DNA of 56,383 nucleotides, the filler included, from Basidiobolus ranarum (Eukaryota), in assembly GCA_040143965.1 (NCBI GenBank). It is 4 parts of 4 records of this genome, joined end to end, with 100 filler letters (N's around TTAATTAATTAA, not from the genome) between each part and the next. Parts side by side here need not be neighbours in the genome. Positions count along the whole stretch, not along the records: positions 1 to 14,054 come from JASJQH010000444.1; positions 14,155 to 28,178 come from JASJQH010000445.1; 2 more parts are not named here. One strand, given 5' to 3'. How positions within the stretch are numbered: the stretch's first letter is position 1; each line of letters opens with the position of its first letter. Position numbers and translations under genes: made by a program. The notes beneath the pieces were generated by a model. It searched no databases. It was not told the DNA's origin and saw only the letters and a program-made list of their open reading frames with translations. Below are positions 11,968 to 26,236 of this stretch, in pieces.

Positions 11968-13315
11968 GTATAGTTACCAAGGCAGTGTATATATCGCTCT
12001 TATGTGCAGTCTCAGAGAGATTACATGTTTCAGTCGCCTCTCACTGATGTAATTGAAGTAAAATAATGTATATATATAAATAAACAAATTGATTCTTCGG
12101 TCCTTCATATTATGCCCAATTGGAAGCAACACAACCGCAAGCATGTAATTATGCATGTATATAAATAAAAATATTTTCAGAGATGAAGCCTGAGATATGT
12201 GCTGATATATATAATTAAAAACTGATCAAATTTAACGAGAGCTGTCATGAATTCAATGCAATCCCACAATTTGTGCAGCTTACTGTTAATTACACATATA
12301 TAATATTATCAGATGTAATCCCTTTGGCGATGATATGAGTTTCTACGTTTGATGATGCCATTCCTGTGAGCATGTTACAAGCATAATGCTTGAAATAGCG
12401 TAGTATGAGTCGCTATACATTTTAGACTTATTTCTTAGCGTATATTATATGCGGGAAAATACAATCGTTTTCATGTTTGTTTTTTTTGTTTTCAACTCTA
12501 TAATTATTTGACCACAACGTCGCGGAGTAGAAAATGGAGTAGATGGTTGGATTTAGGGAAGATAAGGAGATCAGTTGACTGTTTAGTTCACACAGATTTC
12601 ATTATCAGTGGTAGATATGTGTAAGGAAAGTTATGATTTTATCGGAGCCAGATGACTTTATACTAAAATGGCACATTTATGAAGCAATAAATAGAATTAG
12701 CCACTCTGATGAATGTAAATACCTAGAAAGAGTACCTTATGTGTTAATTGCAGGGTGATACTTATTTGAGAAGCGTGGCACCCATTCAATATACATGAGG
12801 AGATCACAGCCTCAACTAATGTAAGATATACACTGGCGCCTATAACTGATTCCCGTTTTTTGCATGCATTTTCAAATCTATGCATTCACTCTATAATATC
12901 AAAAACTGCTATTTAACTCTGCTTAGCCTATGCTACGAATATCAATCTAATACATGAAGGTGATTCCAATATTGTCGGTGACATTACATACATTTATATT
13001 CATCAGAGTTAGTGAATAAGTTTTTCTGGGTTTTTGCACTAAAATTGTACACTAACTATATTTCCAAAAAACAATGTCTTATAAGATCTAAATTACTTGT
13101 ATTATAATTTTGGCCACTCTCATTGATATATAAATTTTGTACCAATCAAATCTCTCAGAATCCAGCAACAATGGATAAGCATTTACCATAATATCTAATT
13201 CTAATATATAAAAGGTTTCCATATTGATAACTATTATAATTTCATATACGTAGAGAAAATGCTGTTTCTCAGCAAATAATGCTTCAAAGAGTATTTCTGA
13301 AGCATAGTTTATTTG

Positions 13316-13597
13316 TGTTGAAATTAGCATAGCGTAAACATCTATATAGTCACATATTTCATTAAGATAGCACCCACTATTATTAATGGGAATTTACTTA
13401 AAAGTTCTCAGATATATGGATTTTTCAAAGAAGCCCCAAACTTTGCACACATGTTGCTGGGACCTTCCTTGACACATTCTACATGTTTGTTTGTTTTCAT
13501 CTTGACAAAACTATAAATGTCAACTGAATACTCAATAAATCAGTAAGTGAAAACCATCAACTCTTCTAGTTTGACAAGCTCCAAAAATACTTCAACA
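13316..13597 (+). mobile_element. LTR (family A, Copia-like), diverged copy
   Basis: TGTTGAAATTAGCAT...TACTTCAACA, homologous to 53033-53352 and 53450-53778. No TSD match here. Confidence 0.8.
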
Positions 13598-13805
13598 AAA
13601 AGTTGGCTCCATTAACTTTTGATCTCAATTTTAATGACTTTTGGTGCATTCTACTACATCATCTTGAATACAATCTGTCAGAGAAATTCCCTTGAATGGA
13701 ACCCATTTCAATGCATATTTTTACTGTTGTAAGAGAAATATAACCAGTCTACAACAATTTTTATTTTTGGTCAAGATATTTTGTCAATAATATTTAGTAA
13801 GTTAT

Positions 13806-14054
13806 TGTTGGAGGATCTTGACATAATGGGGGTAGACTTTGGGTATTAGAAGCAACTTATGACAGTATGTTTTAGTTACTTTATTCTTAAGAGTATATGG
13901 TGACTTATATAGTAGAAAAGTAAATCAATTGTTTGAGATATTGAGGAGTTTGTGTAATAAGATATAATAGATAAGTGGGGGTAATAAGACATACTTGTTA
14001 TATAGATATAGAGATATTCCTATTTAGAATATAGGGGCTATAGATATGTAGCTT
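13806..14054 (-). mobile_element. LTR-like repeat (family B), truncated by contig end
   Basis: Reverse complement aligns with 27322-27530 and ends in ...CTCCAACA on the minus strand. The other copy directly precedes a Copia gag remnant. Confidence 0.7.
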
Positions 14055-14154
14055 NNNNNNNNNNNNNNNNNNNNNNNNNNNNNNNNNNNNNNNNNNNNTT
14101 AATTAATTAANNNNNNNNNNNNNNNNNNNNNNNNNNNNNNNNNNNNNNNNNNNN
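14055..14154. other. Artificial contig linker (N-TTAATTAATTAA-N, 100 nt)
   Basis: N run with a six-frame stop spacer. Identical linkers at 28179-28278 and 42288-42387. Confidence 0.98.
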
Positions 14155-15286
14155 GCATACGAGACATACCACCGACAAGGACGACTTCATTGATGTCAGC
14201 AGAAACAACACCAGCATCCTTCATTGCCTTTCTGCAGGGTTCGAAGGTACGTTCAAGCAAAGTCTTGGTCATGGCCTCGAACTTGGAGCGAGAAAGTTTC
14301 ATGTTGATGTGCTTAGGACCAGTGGCGTCAGCAGTAATATAGGGAAGGTTGATATCGGTTTGAAGAGTGGAAGAAAGTTCGATCTTGGCCTTTTCACAAG
14401 CCTCACGAATACGTTGAATGGCCATTCTATCGTTGGAAAGATCAATACCTTCAGAGGTCTTGAAATCGTTTACAATTTGGTTTACAAGATGAATATCGAA
14501 ATCTTCACCACCCAAATGGGTATCACCATTGGTAGACTTGACTTCAAAGACACCATTTTGAATTTCCAAGATGGAGATATCGAAGGTACCACCACCAAGA
14601 TCGTAAATGGCAACAACATTGTCTCCAGTCTTGTCTAAACCGTAAGCCAAAGCGGCGGCGGTAGGTTCGTTGATGACACGAAGAACGTCAAGACCAGCGA
14701 TCTTACCAGCATCCTTGGTGGCTTGTCGTTGAGCATCGTTGAAATAAGCAGGAACAGTAATGACAGCTTGAGTGACCTTCTTGCTAAGGAAAGATTCAGC
14801 GGTGTCCTTCATTTTGCCTAAGACAAAGGCACCAACTTGACTTGGTGAGTATTTGGTACCTCTTGCTTCAACCCAAGCGTCTCCGTTGCTGTGCTTCACG
14901 ATTTTGTATGGAACAGCTTTGATATCATTTTGAACCTCAGCATCGTTGAAGTTACGACCAATTAAACGCTTAGTAGCAAAGAGAGTATTTTCGGGATTGA
15001 CAACAGCTTGACGCTTGGCGGATTGACCAACAAGAAGCTCGCCATCCTTGGTGAAAGCAACTACAGAAGGAGTAGTTCTGGTACCCTCAGAGTTTTCAAG
15101 AATTCTGGGGTTCTTGCCGTCCATGATAGCGACGCAAGAGTTAGTAGTACCCAAATCGATACCAATGACGGTACCATTGGCAGTACTGTAGTTACGAGCA
15201 AGAACACCAAGAGCAGCGCTCTTTTGGCGGAGTAATTTAGAAGCGTTCAAAGCTGAAGCTTGAGCGACTTTGGAAAGGCTATACAT
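14155..15286 (-). CDS. SSC1: Mitochondrial Hsp70 (DnaK type), 3' truncated by contig end
   Basis: Mitochondrial presequence, then [44 protein letters not shown]. Confidence 0.96.
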
Positions 15287-18200
15287 GTTGAATATTGGTT
15301 TTGGAGAAAGAAAACCTTTGAAAGAAACAAGAAGCTGTGCGGGCTAAAGTTGTCAACTAGCAATATTTATATGCTGACCCCAGAAATGAAATTTTTGTTC
15401 CTTCACATTCCAATCTCCACTGGACCAATGCTCAAAAACGAAAAAACTTCTTTTACCTAAATTGGCAATCCAACTCAATAAGATGATGGATTTGAAACTT
15501 TCAGTGATCAAATTAATCTGATGACCATACAAATTTGCGGCTTCATCATAGCATATCGGCTCTATTTAATTTATCCGAAACTTACCTCATTCATCGGATT
15601 CCTTCAGATGCTGCGACAAGTGCAAAGCTAGCAAGTGGTTTGGAAGAAGAAATAGCCAACCGGGCCACTTGGTTGCCCGAAGCAAGAATTCGACGCTAGA
15701 TGCCACTGCACATCCATCCATTCGCATCATCTTGATCTCAGCGATCATGCATCTGACGAAGGCGACAGAGATCGGATCTTCTAAATATTAGCAACATCAT
15801 CTAGAAACACAATCTCGCAGCCTCCATCAGCAATATGTGCGCCAGCCATTGGCTCCGATCCACCAATACCGCGCAGGTATCCATTTCCACCGACATAGAG
15901 GCTGCGGAGTGGTTTGGTGAGTTTTAACAGTTACACTAAACTGGTCACATTGAAATATTATCTCGAACTTTCTTCAACCTTCGGCCACCATTGGGTCCAA
16001 ATCCCCATGGAAATATCTGGTCGCAACCAGATCCAAATGGAAACATTTGCGGGGTGGGAAGCGAACTCTTCCGAGATACCGACAAAATAGGAAGTGATTC
16101 GACCGCAGCTGTCAACGGTTGTCTACCCTTCGTATGTATACATATATATACACGATCCCAATCCCACGAACCCAAGCCTGAAAGCAACACAGAAATTGCT
16201 CCATGAATGAACATTCCATTCGCTTGAGTTTCATTTCAGATCGAATTAACAGCTAGTATTGATGTTCGGAGTTTGAAAACGCTGTTGGTTTGGCGATTCG
16301 TCAATCCAATGGGAGCTCAGGATTAGATCAACTAGATATCTGAAGTCGAAGCAAAGATAATCTTAGGGAGCTAAATATCGTGCTCTACACTGTTGGTCGG
16401 AGCAGTGCAGGTCGCAGCATCAGGTCAAGCTACGTCTATCTATGCACATGGTTGGTAGATATCAGAGACGGATTAATGAATTAGACCACTAACATATGCA
16501 TGGGACCGAGTTCGGGATATCGCCAAAAAGTGTGTAGGGCAACGAAGTAAATGAACTTATACAGTAATTTACCAGTTGGGATACCTAAAGAAACTTGGTA
16601 TTAGAAGTTCTTTTCATAGACCCTTCTGCTAATAATATGAGAGGCGTTTCTTCTCTCTAATTCATGCTTGTAATATCAGAAGTGCTATAATATCAGAAGC
16701 GCTGCAATGGTGGTGTCAATGTATATATTGGACTTGATAGTTGATTCCTTCACTTGCACGTTGAAAATGTAAATAACCTTCATTTAAATTCCTGGTAATA
16801 CCGTAGCTAAAAGATGCATTGTGGCAACCATAGCATCCGATGTTCGCTGTTTCATATTGAAAAACCCTCTTTTCTAAAAGGTACCGTAGCACTCCATATT
16901 GATATACGATATCAGCTGCCAACGGGTAAGAATCAAAACCGACTGCGTAGATGAATAATTAACTGTATTAATATGGTTTCTGATGGTTTCAACAAAATCG
17001 TGTGTACATCCGGAACATATTTGTGTAAAGCTTAAGCATTATTCTGATTGAAGGAAGCTCTGCCAATCATAATATTGCGAAGTACTATTGGTATTAGTAA
17101 TGGCGTAATCCTTAATCTTTGTTCAAGTATGAGGGCGCAGTTCATTGCAAGTTTTACCATGCGGAAAATTGACTACCCGAAGGGTCTGAGAGCTCTGTGT
17201 AGTATATATATCTCCTAACTATGTTGCTGATTCTACTTGTTAAAGTACTATGTCTAGGTAAAGCAGAAAATAATAAAAGAAAATATTCAAAAATTTGTGA
17301 AATAAGTCTAATATGTTACAATGATTGCTTTCTGTGAAGTGATCTATAGATGACCTTATTGGTACCAAATTATCGAGCACGTTTAGCATATTCTCTCCAT
17401 AAAGCACCACACTAACTCTCTTTTACTCTTGTGTATTCAAGTGTGTTGAGGTGTAGATTTATATTTGCTCTTGGTACGTTACCTCAGTGAATTAGACTAA
17501 TCCTCTTCCGGATATATTTAAGAATATACAGCATATGAGTGGACATAAAGTTAAATTCGGTGGTGATAAAAGCCAACGTACAAAAAGAGTTGAGTCAAAA
17601 AAGAGAGATTGTCTATATGGTTGTTGTTTGTGCTTGCTTCATATTCGTACTTTATTAAGGCCATACTGAGTTAAAATATTTGAGGAAATAATATCTGTTC
17701 CATTGTTTGCTATCAACGGTACATATATATAATGAGGATGATAGACTTTGATTAAACGCAGTATGCATAGTTAGTGGTTAAGAGTTTATACAGTGAATGC
17801 GAGCTCCTACGAAAGGTTAACCTGTTTTGAATGACGTTAATTGCAATACTCGTTCCGATTGTGATGCTGTAGTCGCATTATGAAGATGTATTGTATGGCT
17901 TGATTGAGTCTATCAGTGTTAAAAAGTTGTCACTATTTCTATACTTTTCAGCGCTGCTATAATAGGGTTATCACTCAGACGCTGACAATTATGGATTGTA
18001 GGTAGTGTTAACTTCAAGCCAACACAAGTTTCTACATACTAAAAGCTTCTCAACACCACAAATTATCTTTCATGTTGCATTCTATTCAAAGTTTTCTCTT
18101 CTCGAAATTCCTCACAAGTGTTACCTTTACTTAAAATCATATCTACTCTCTTGTTGTTTTGTAGAAGGTAGGCGGGAACAATAAAAATGCTGTTCTATCA

Positions 18201-19839
18201 CTCAGGTACCTGGTACTGGAAAAATTCGGATCAGCATCAGTATCCATGAAATATGTGAGATGCCGATAATTTAGTTTCTATTCAGAATTATTCAACTGTG
18301 AATCCGATACAATCTCCCAATTATCAAATGGCGATTACGGCAACATGAGACGTGTCCGTAGCGTAATTCAAGGATCAATCTGCTCTTAATAGATGGTATA
18401 TCAATAAAGTGCCTTGAAACAAATAGATGCAGTACATATATCGAATGCCGCGACTAAAATCCCAACGTTGGACACGCAACGCAAACACAAACCCACTTCT
18501 AACCCGCCGAGAGTTGAAGCGCAAGTACAAATGATGGGTCTCTATGGTGAATAAATCTTCAGCACGGCGTATACCCTTTAACAATATTATCGGCAACAGG
18601 ATTGAATATATGTACTCTACCCAGTGTGCAAAACATGATACCTGGGCAATAGTCATTCTTCTTCTTGGAAGGTAACCAATGTTCGGGTAAAGAAACAGAA
18701 GCTTGAATTTCTATATCAATTAGCAACAAACTGAACACCCCAGAGCTTCTTACTAATTCTACAGCAGTGACCCTTTTAGGCCCATGGTACCATCAGAAAG
18801 TGGGCATGTCGGAAGCATGAGTTTCATAGTTACAATATTGCTGATGAGTGTCCTTGATCTAATAGCAAGAAATCCGATGTAATTGGATAGCATGACAAAT
18901 TTCTAGCCACCACCAGCTTCGTATTTAGTATATCAAGGCTCTGCTCCGTATACCCAATGGAGTGTCAAGAAACAGAATTAAAGTTTGGGTAACCTTGCCC
19001 AATAATTGTCAACACCAGGGGTACAAAGATTGCGCGCCCGATGGGGAAACCAGCCCATGATGAGAACTCGATGGTAGTGTTCTACTCACACACCTTACCA
19101 ATAACAACGCTCTGTGGGTATGACAAGACCTGCCACTTTAATGCCAAAAGTACTATTGAGCAGCTCCAGTGAGATATTCTTTGGGCACCTTTTCAACAAT
19201 TCAGATCACACCCACGTCCCACTCTAAATGGATTCATCACAACCCGGACTCAATCTTCACCAGCTCGTATCTCACCCCAAGATGCAACCAAATTGTGCGT
19301 CATTTGCGCAGAAGCACTAGGCACAAACTGAAGCGTATTGAGTGGCGAAACTGCAATTTTCATCCAGAATCAGGTTACTCATGATCCCATTGTTGGTATT
19401 TCGCACTTTATTCTGTTTTAAGTTTTTACGGATCTGACGAAATAGGCAATCATGGAAGTTTTACATTACACAAGTACTCAAACAAACATAAAAACCATGA
19501 ATAACGGGAAATTTCAAAGAATTTCCATCTACAATACCTCCCCATTCAGATATGTGTAGATTGCCTCAGAAATGACGAGGTATGGTGGTTGGGAATTCGT
19601 CAAAATATATCTAATTCGAGATTCTGAAGCTTCTCTCAACATCCCAAGCAGATAGAGGAAAACCCTAGTTCCTTAGAATTTCCGACAAACTCAATCTGCG
19701 TATTCTCATTGGTCAATCAAGTACCCACTTTCTTCATATTGTACTATTACTTATTATCTTAAACATTTGAGCGCTTTTCTGTTCGAGTAACTTTCATCAC
19801 TGCTTTCACTCTTGTTCATACTCCGACCTATTTTATCAA

Positions 19840-20772
19840 ATGGCCGAAGCTCGTCTCAACGTTTTCCCCACCCGAATGTACGTACCTCTCTTAAACGAGT
19901 TCTAACGCTTATGCCTGCTGTGCTTCTCATCTGTAGAGTTGCTTTTCAACAACTTCTCTAACTCTATATGCTTATTCTTATCATAGGGCTCAAACTGCCA
20001 TGAAAATTAAGCTAAAGGGAGCTCAAACTGGTCACAGTCTCCTAAAGCGAAAGAGTGAAGCCCTGACAAAACGTTTCCGAGGTATCATCTCCAAAATTGA
20101 GCAAGTAAGTACAGGGTTATCCAGGTTTTTCTTCGAACCTACTCAACGAAAGCCTCTTCTTAACTTTTTTCTTGGAATTTCTTCCGACAGGCTAAGTTGG
20201 CCATGGGTAAGGTGATGCAAGTGGCGTCTTTCTCACTCGCTGAAGTTTCTTACAGTACCGGTGATATTAGTTATCAGGTACGTGAGAGTGTCAAGTCCGC
20301 CCAGTTAAAGGTTCGTGCTGACCAAGAAAACGTCTCCGGTGTCATGCTCCCAGTTTTCGAATCTTATTCTGAAGGCGCCAATTCTTTTGAACTCACTGGC
20401 TTGGGTCGTGGTGGTCAACAAGTTCAAAAATGCAAAGAGACCTACATCAAGGCAGTCGAAACCCTTGTAGAACTTGCTTCCCTTCAAACTGCATTCGTCA
20501 TTCTTGATGAAGTTATCAAGCTTACTAACAGACGTGTTAACGCTATTGAACACGTTATTATTCCCAAGGTAGAAAATACTATCAAATATATTGCTTCTGA
20601 GTTAGACGAACAGGATCGTGAAGAATTCTTCAGATTGAAAAAGGTCCAAGGTAAAAAGAAGGAAGTAAAGGCTGCAGATGAAGCTAAGAGGGCCAACTTA
20701 GCCCTCCAAGAGGAGCAGGGACAGGTTAAGAACCTTCTCAATCAAAACGAAGATACTGACATTATCTTCTAA
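19840..20772 (+). CDS. VMA8: V-type ATPase subunit D; exons 19840-19877, 19987-20104, 20191-20772
   Basis: [39 protein letters not shown]...[14 protein letters not shown]...[14 protein letters not shown]; canonical introns. Confidence 0.96.
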
Positions 20773-21949
20773 TATTATCCGATAGTTTAATTTATATCTG
20801 TGGATGTTCTCTGACTACCCTTCTCCACATACACATACCCGCACAATCATCCGAGAGTTAATAAAAGTGATTCTTTCATAATTTACACTCAGTTCTCAAT
20901 TCATTCTATACTGACTTCGTTCTTGACTGTGTTGTCAAAGCAGTATTATTCAAATATTTTTGCATCACTTTTGAACAAATCATTTAAAGCCAATGTTTGT
21001 TTTGCATTACGAACTGGTGCACAGTGATACATGACAATATAGATTTTGGTGTAGGGTTTCCTCTTCAGTTGATTCAAGTATATCTATATCCATACAATCT
21101 ATGCTGGGGATCCTTTATTCTGGTGACAATCCATAGGAATTTCGCATGCTATTGTTGCAGCTAGCATTAAATAGTCAACAGTTTACTAGAATTCTTAGGG
21201 CTTTCTCCTTGTATTGATGAATTCTTTTGATGTTGAGTTGAGGAAGCTTAGTGATGCTTTTCAACTAACAGTTGCGAGAATCTCAATACAACTAAATTTG
21301 AATAGAATAACTCTTGCTGCACGATACAGCAGCCAGACACTAATGGGTTTCATTCTATTCTTTGGCCAACATGAAAACTTGAATATAGTAGCATCTGGCT
21401 AGGTACCTGTAACGAATAAGAATTATCTATTTCACTATAATGGTCTCAAATTGGCTTCATTAACATTTGAATCTTGAAGTAGGACTATCAGCAAATATTT
21501 GCTCTGGCTGCTATCCTGAAGCTCTAGGTCGGATCGGTGGGAATGGTATCCATGTTGTAAAAGGCATAGGACACTTGTGAGAGATAGAATAGGCTAATCA
21601 TTGTATGAACCCAAAAGACTGGCGGTATCGTTTGTGTTTTAACTGAGTCATCTGGCTAATGTGCCATGGCATCTTTATTTCATATCCATTCAAATCCAAG
21701 GTGGAAAGTGTATCTTGGTTAAATCATCTGACTACAAATACTAAAACCTATTTAAGCAACTTAGATTCATATAAGGGTAAATAAGTTTTAAATGGTGAAA
21801 TTTGTTCAATAAAAGTTAATTCATATATTACTTATTAATGAATCGTATCAACTAATTCTGCTCATTATTGTTTTCTACCTACAAAACCAACATACTGTCC
21901 ACCATTTCCTATTCATACAACTTGTTTACGAAAGGGAAAGGGAAAGAGT

Positions 21950-22774
21950 ATGAGAATTGCCTGTTGTCAATTCAACCCAATTCTCGGGGCGCCAGAGCGA
22001 AATCGTGAACGAGTAGATGCGCTTCTAGAGAAATATCAACAAGGTGATTTCGACTTCTTGATTTTACCAGAAATGGCTTTTTCTGGTTATGTATTCGAGG
22101 GAAAACACGACATAAGACCATACTTGGAGGATACTACGAGTGGTCCAACCGTACTATGGGCTCAGAAACAAGCACTTCGCTTAAAGTGTTATGTTTTAGT
22201 GGGCTACCCCGAAATTAATAAAGGTGTCGAGACCAAGTGGTATAACAGTTCCTGCCTGTTGAATCCTTCTGGAGAGCTTGTCAACACATATCGAAAAACC
22301 TTTTTATATGACACCGATCTGACTTGGTCAGAGAAAGGACCCAGTTTTTGCACAATTGATTTGGAGGGATTTGGAAAAGTAGGTATAGGTATATGTATGG
22401 ATTTGAACTATAGCGAACCTACGAAATACTTCGATCAAGAATTCGCCACATTCCACCTGAACGAAAATACCGACCTTGTTATAGTGCTTATGGCATGGAT
22501 ATTGAGCAACCCTGAAGACCGAGATCCCCAAGAGCCCTCTTGGTCCAATGTTAACTACTGGGCAGCACGGCTAAGTAATCTGTTTCATACCCCCCGCCAA
22601 CATCCTACTTATTTCGTAGCTTGTAATCGAGTTGGAACTGAGCAAGGAACCACTTTTTGTGGGTCCAGCTGTGGTCTGAAGCTTGATTATCCTCAACCCA
22701 AAATCATTGATATCTTGAATAAATCCGAAGAGAATATACTTCTTCTAGATTTGCCCAATCTCGATAGAAAGTAG
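21950..22774 (+). CDS. NTA1: Protein N-terminal Asn/Gln amidohydrolase (nitrilase superfamily)
   Basis: Catalytic E-K-C in LPEMAFSGY, YRKTFLY and GICMDLN; NYWAARL and CNRVGTE are typical of Nta1. Confidence 0.85.
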   Translation: MRIACCQFNPILGAPERNRERVDALLEKYQQGDFDFLILPEMAFSGYVFEGKHDIRPYLEDTTSGPTVLWAQKQALRLKCYVLVGYPEINKGVETKWYNSSCLLNPSGELVNTYRKTFLYDTDLTWSEKGPSFCTIDLEGFGKVGIGICMDLNYSEPTKYFDQEFATFHLNENTDLVIVLMAWILSNPEDRDPQEPSWSNVNYWAARLSNLFHTPRQHPTYFVACNRVGTEQGTTFCGSSCGLKLDYPQPKIIDILNKSEENILLLDLPNLDRK

Positions 22775-24656
22775 TCTAACTGTTGCCATAATAAAATCCA
22801 ATCTGTTTATAATAACCTAACCCTAAGTTTCCCCGGAAACCCCCAGTTGCTCCTTGGCGGGTGACCTATCAGAGCAGATTAAAACCTAACCAACGCTTAA
22901 CTCCAAGGATTATTTATCTAATCTTATTGAGTATTTGCTGCCCCAACATAAGTATCAACTGGTTGTCAACAGAGTAGATTTCAGCCGTGAATCGGAATTG
23001 CTTACAAACTAGAAAAATGGGTGCCAGCAATATTGGAGAATCTTCAAACACTGTAAGTAGGTGTTGTACGATGCAATTGCCACAGTCACTAGTGTTCTTA
23101 TCTACTTTCTGGCTGTTGACCAATCATCCGCAAAGTACGCTCAATATTATCTATTATCTATGTCGAATGTCCATGATGATACAAGGAGATGTGGGGAAAC
23201 GATCTCCGTATCCCTTCAGTGTACTATCAGCACAAGGGCCTTATCTCCACAGAAACACTACGTATCGTGCGCTGGTAATACCTCATATTTAATTAGTTTC
23301 ACCATTGGAGTCCACGTGACTGCACCATGACATCACGAGTTTCGTTGATTGGATCACTGAAGGATGCTATCTCCATCATGTGCATAAGATAATCAAGTGT
23401 TAATTCATGTCGTCACGCAGTGGGAAATATTGTCAGGAGGTCAGCATACAGTCAAGTCCACACCAACCATCACCAAGCACTACATAGCGCTCAAATGGCT
23501 ATTCTGCATTCTGACGAGAGCCCGTGAGCTTCATACCGTCGGCAGATATTAGGGTAAAATACTGTAGCGGAATGCGAGTTTCATTCTTGTCAATACAAGC
23601 ATTCTGCCACCAACTACTCAGGCCACGAAGCGTTGGTAGAGTCCTTGAAAAGAGCCATTGGCGTTGCGAGAGACTTGTCCAAAGTATGTCTGAGCTGATC
23701 ATCGTAGCAATCATATGTAGTATCTAGCAGAGGTGGTCACAATGCCAGCTGTCATCATTTTGGCTGTGTAAGTATCCAATGCGGATGCTGGTTAGTTTCC
23801 TTTTTCAAATGTTTGGCGTTGGTAGACTCGGTGACGACACTCAACTACGTTATTATTATCATAGTTTAATCGCTACCTCCTTATTCGTGGTTCTCTGACC
23901 AGATAATGTCCCACACTATTGAGATTTTACCGATACCGAGAGTAGTTCATCCATGAGTTGATAATCATCGAAGGAGAGCCATGGCCTGGAGATGTGCAAG
24001 GTCGTTGCGAAGCTGGTATTAATAGGCTGGCTATTTTAGGCGGACTGAAGTTCCAGCTACACTGTAATCCCATCGCGACTAAGTAAAATGATGACTACTG
24101 GATGTCTTGATTAATTATGATGTTTCAATAATACCTGATTTAAGTCTCCAAGCAATGAGAATCTGATTTCACACATGCGTTTAATGAACCTTGCTCCAAT
24201 ATCTATTATTTGATCAAGCAAAAAAGTATAATCATCTTTGTATGTATATTCTCGAATTTGTTTATTATCACCAATAGTCCCTCCCCCTTTTTTTCTTTAA
24301 CTTCTCTCTTGAATTTGGAATCTACTGGTCTCTTATCGCTGCATCCAGGTTTCTTGGTCCACTTGACTAGTAGATACTCAAAGAGTGAAGAGCACATCAA
24401 TATTGATATCGAACTTTACAGGTGTGAGCTCATTTTCAGTTGCTGTGGGATATTCTCTTGAACCACATTAGTCTTTTATCATAATCCTGGCCACTTTCTT
24501 ATATTCCCTTAACTCCGTAGAAAAAGAAAGTCCATTTTTGATTGTGTCTGAAGTAATCCAATCCGTTGTTAACTGGTAAATTATTCCTCAAATTCAAAGT
24601 TTGAAATTGTTCCGAGAAATAACTATTAGTCTATCGGTTTTTGCATAGTGTTAAAT

Positions 24657-26236
24657 ATGGCTAACCCAGGCCCAACCCAGGTTGGCTCTTCTACTGGAGC
24701 ACACTATCTTGGTACTTCTAAATCTCGCATTCGAGCTATCTTCATCATTTTAACTCTAACACAGAAGGTATTCTTTCATAGCAGAGCACGATCCCAACCA
24801 AATAGTTAACGTTATTGCGAGCGAGGGTAAAAGTGGAGAGTCTACAGAAGTTTCTTATACTAATTGTAAAATAATTGGCCATGGTTCTTTCGGAGTCGTT
24901 TACCACGCTCAACTTTTACACACCATGGAAGAAATTGCCATTAAAAAAGTGCTTCAAGATAAAAGATACAAGGTTAGTTGCATGCTACTTTGGGTATTTT
25001 TTCTTTGGCGCTTCTTAATTTTTTTTATTTGACTGGTAGAATCGCGAGCTACAAATTATGAGAGGTCTTTCTCATCCCAACATTGTCAACCTGAAGACTT
25101 TTTTCCATTCGAATGGTGACAAGGTAATTAAATATTTTCTTACAGCCGTATGAACAGTCACTGAGTGTTTCTGTCCCGGGTGAATTAGAATGACGAAGTC
25201 TACTTAAATCTGATTCTCGAGTATGTGCCAGAGACGATTTATAAGGTGATCAAGCAACACAACAAAGTGAGGCAACAGGTTCCAATGCTTCATGTTAAGC
25301 TGTACATGTATCAACTTTTTCGCTCTTTGGCATATATCCACTCCATTGGTGTTTGTCATCGTGATATTAAGCCGCAGAATCTGCTAGTTGATAGTAGTAT
25401 TGGTGTTCTTAAACTGTGTGACTTTGGAAGGTTTGTGGTCTCTAAGAGCTTATATGGAAAAAGTTGAATAGTTGACTGATTACCTATCTCCAGTGCAAAA
25501 GCCTTGGTTCCCGGTGAACCCAATGTTGCATATATCTGCTCTAGATACTATCGTGCCCCTGAACTAATATTCTCTGCCACCAACTATACGACTAGCATAG
25601 GTAAGTAATATATATGAATCTGGCTATGCTTTCTAGATTCTCACCAAAGCTTACCTTGGCAATTAGATATTTGGTCTACTGGGTGTGTAATGGCAGAATT
25701 GATAATAGGCCAGCCTCTATTCCCTGGAGATAGCAGTGTTGATCAATTAGTGGAGATTATTAAGGTGCTAGGGACTCCATCCAAGGATCAGATCCGTAGT
25801 ATGAATCCTCATTACGTTGACCATAAGTTTCCTCAAATCAAACCTCATCCCTTCTCGAAGATTTTCCGTTCCAGAGCTCCTGAAGAAGCTATAGACTTGG
25901 TAACACGTCTTCTTGATTACACGCCATCCAATCGTCTTAGTGCCATAGAGGCAATGGCCCATCCATTTTTCGACGAGCTTCGTCAAGACTCGGAAGTTGC
26001 ACGAGGTTTCCCCCCGTTGTTTGAATTCACCGCACATGGTACGTATTGATTGACATTGCAACGGATTGTATACGGAGCAAAGGGTTAACATCTTCACAAT
26101 AGAACTATCCATTCGCCCCGATCTAATTCACAAGTTGGTACCCCAACATAAGGGACAAGAGTTGCTCTCCCGTGGAATCGATATCCACCATTTTGTTCCA
26201 GTCCCTAGAAGCCAGAGCCATGTGAACCTCGAATGA
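24657..26236 (+). CDS. GSK3: Glycogen synthase kinase-3 family Ser/Thr kinase (multi-exon)
   Basis: [55 protein letters not shown]; ends HVNLE* at 26236. Confidence 0.95.

Noticed and set aside
14099-14110. TTAATTAATTAA palindrome inside N runs, repeated three times
   Set aside because: Artificial six-frame stop linker added during assembly.
15500-19700. Short ORFs in the long SSC1-VMA8 intergenic region
   Set aside because: No recognisable motifs or consistent exon structure found by eye.
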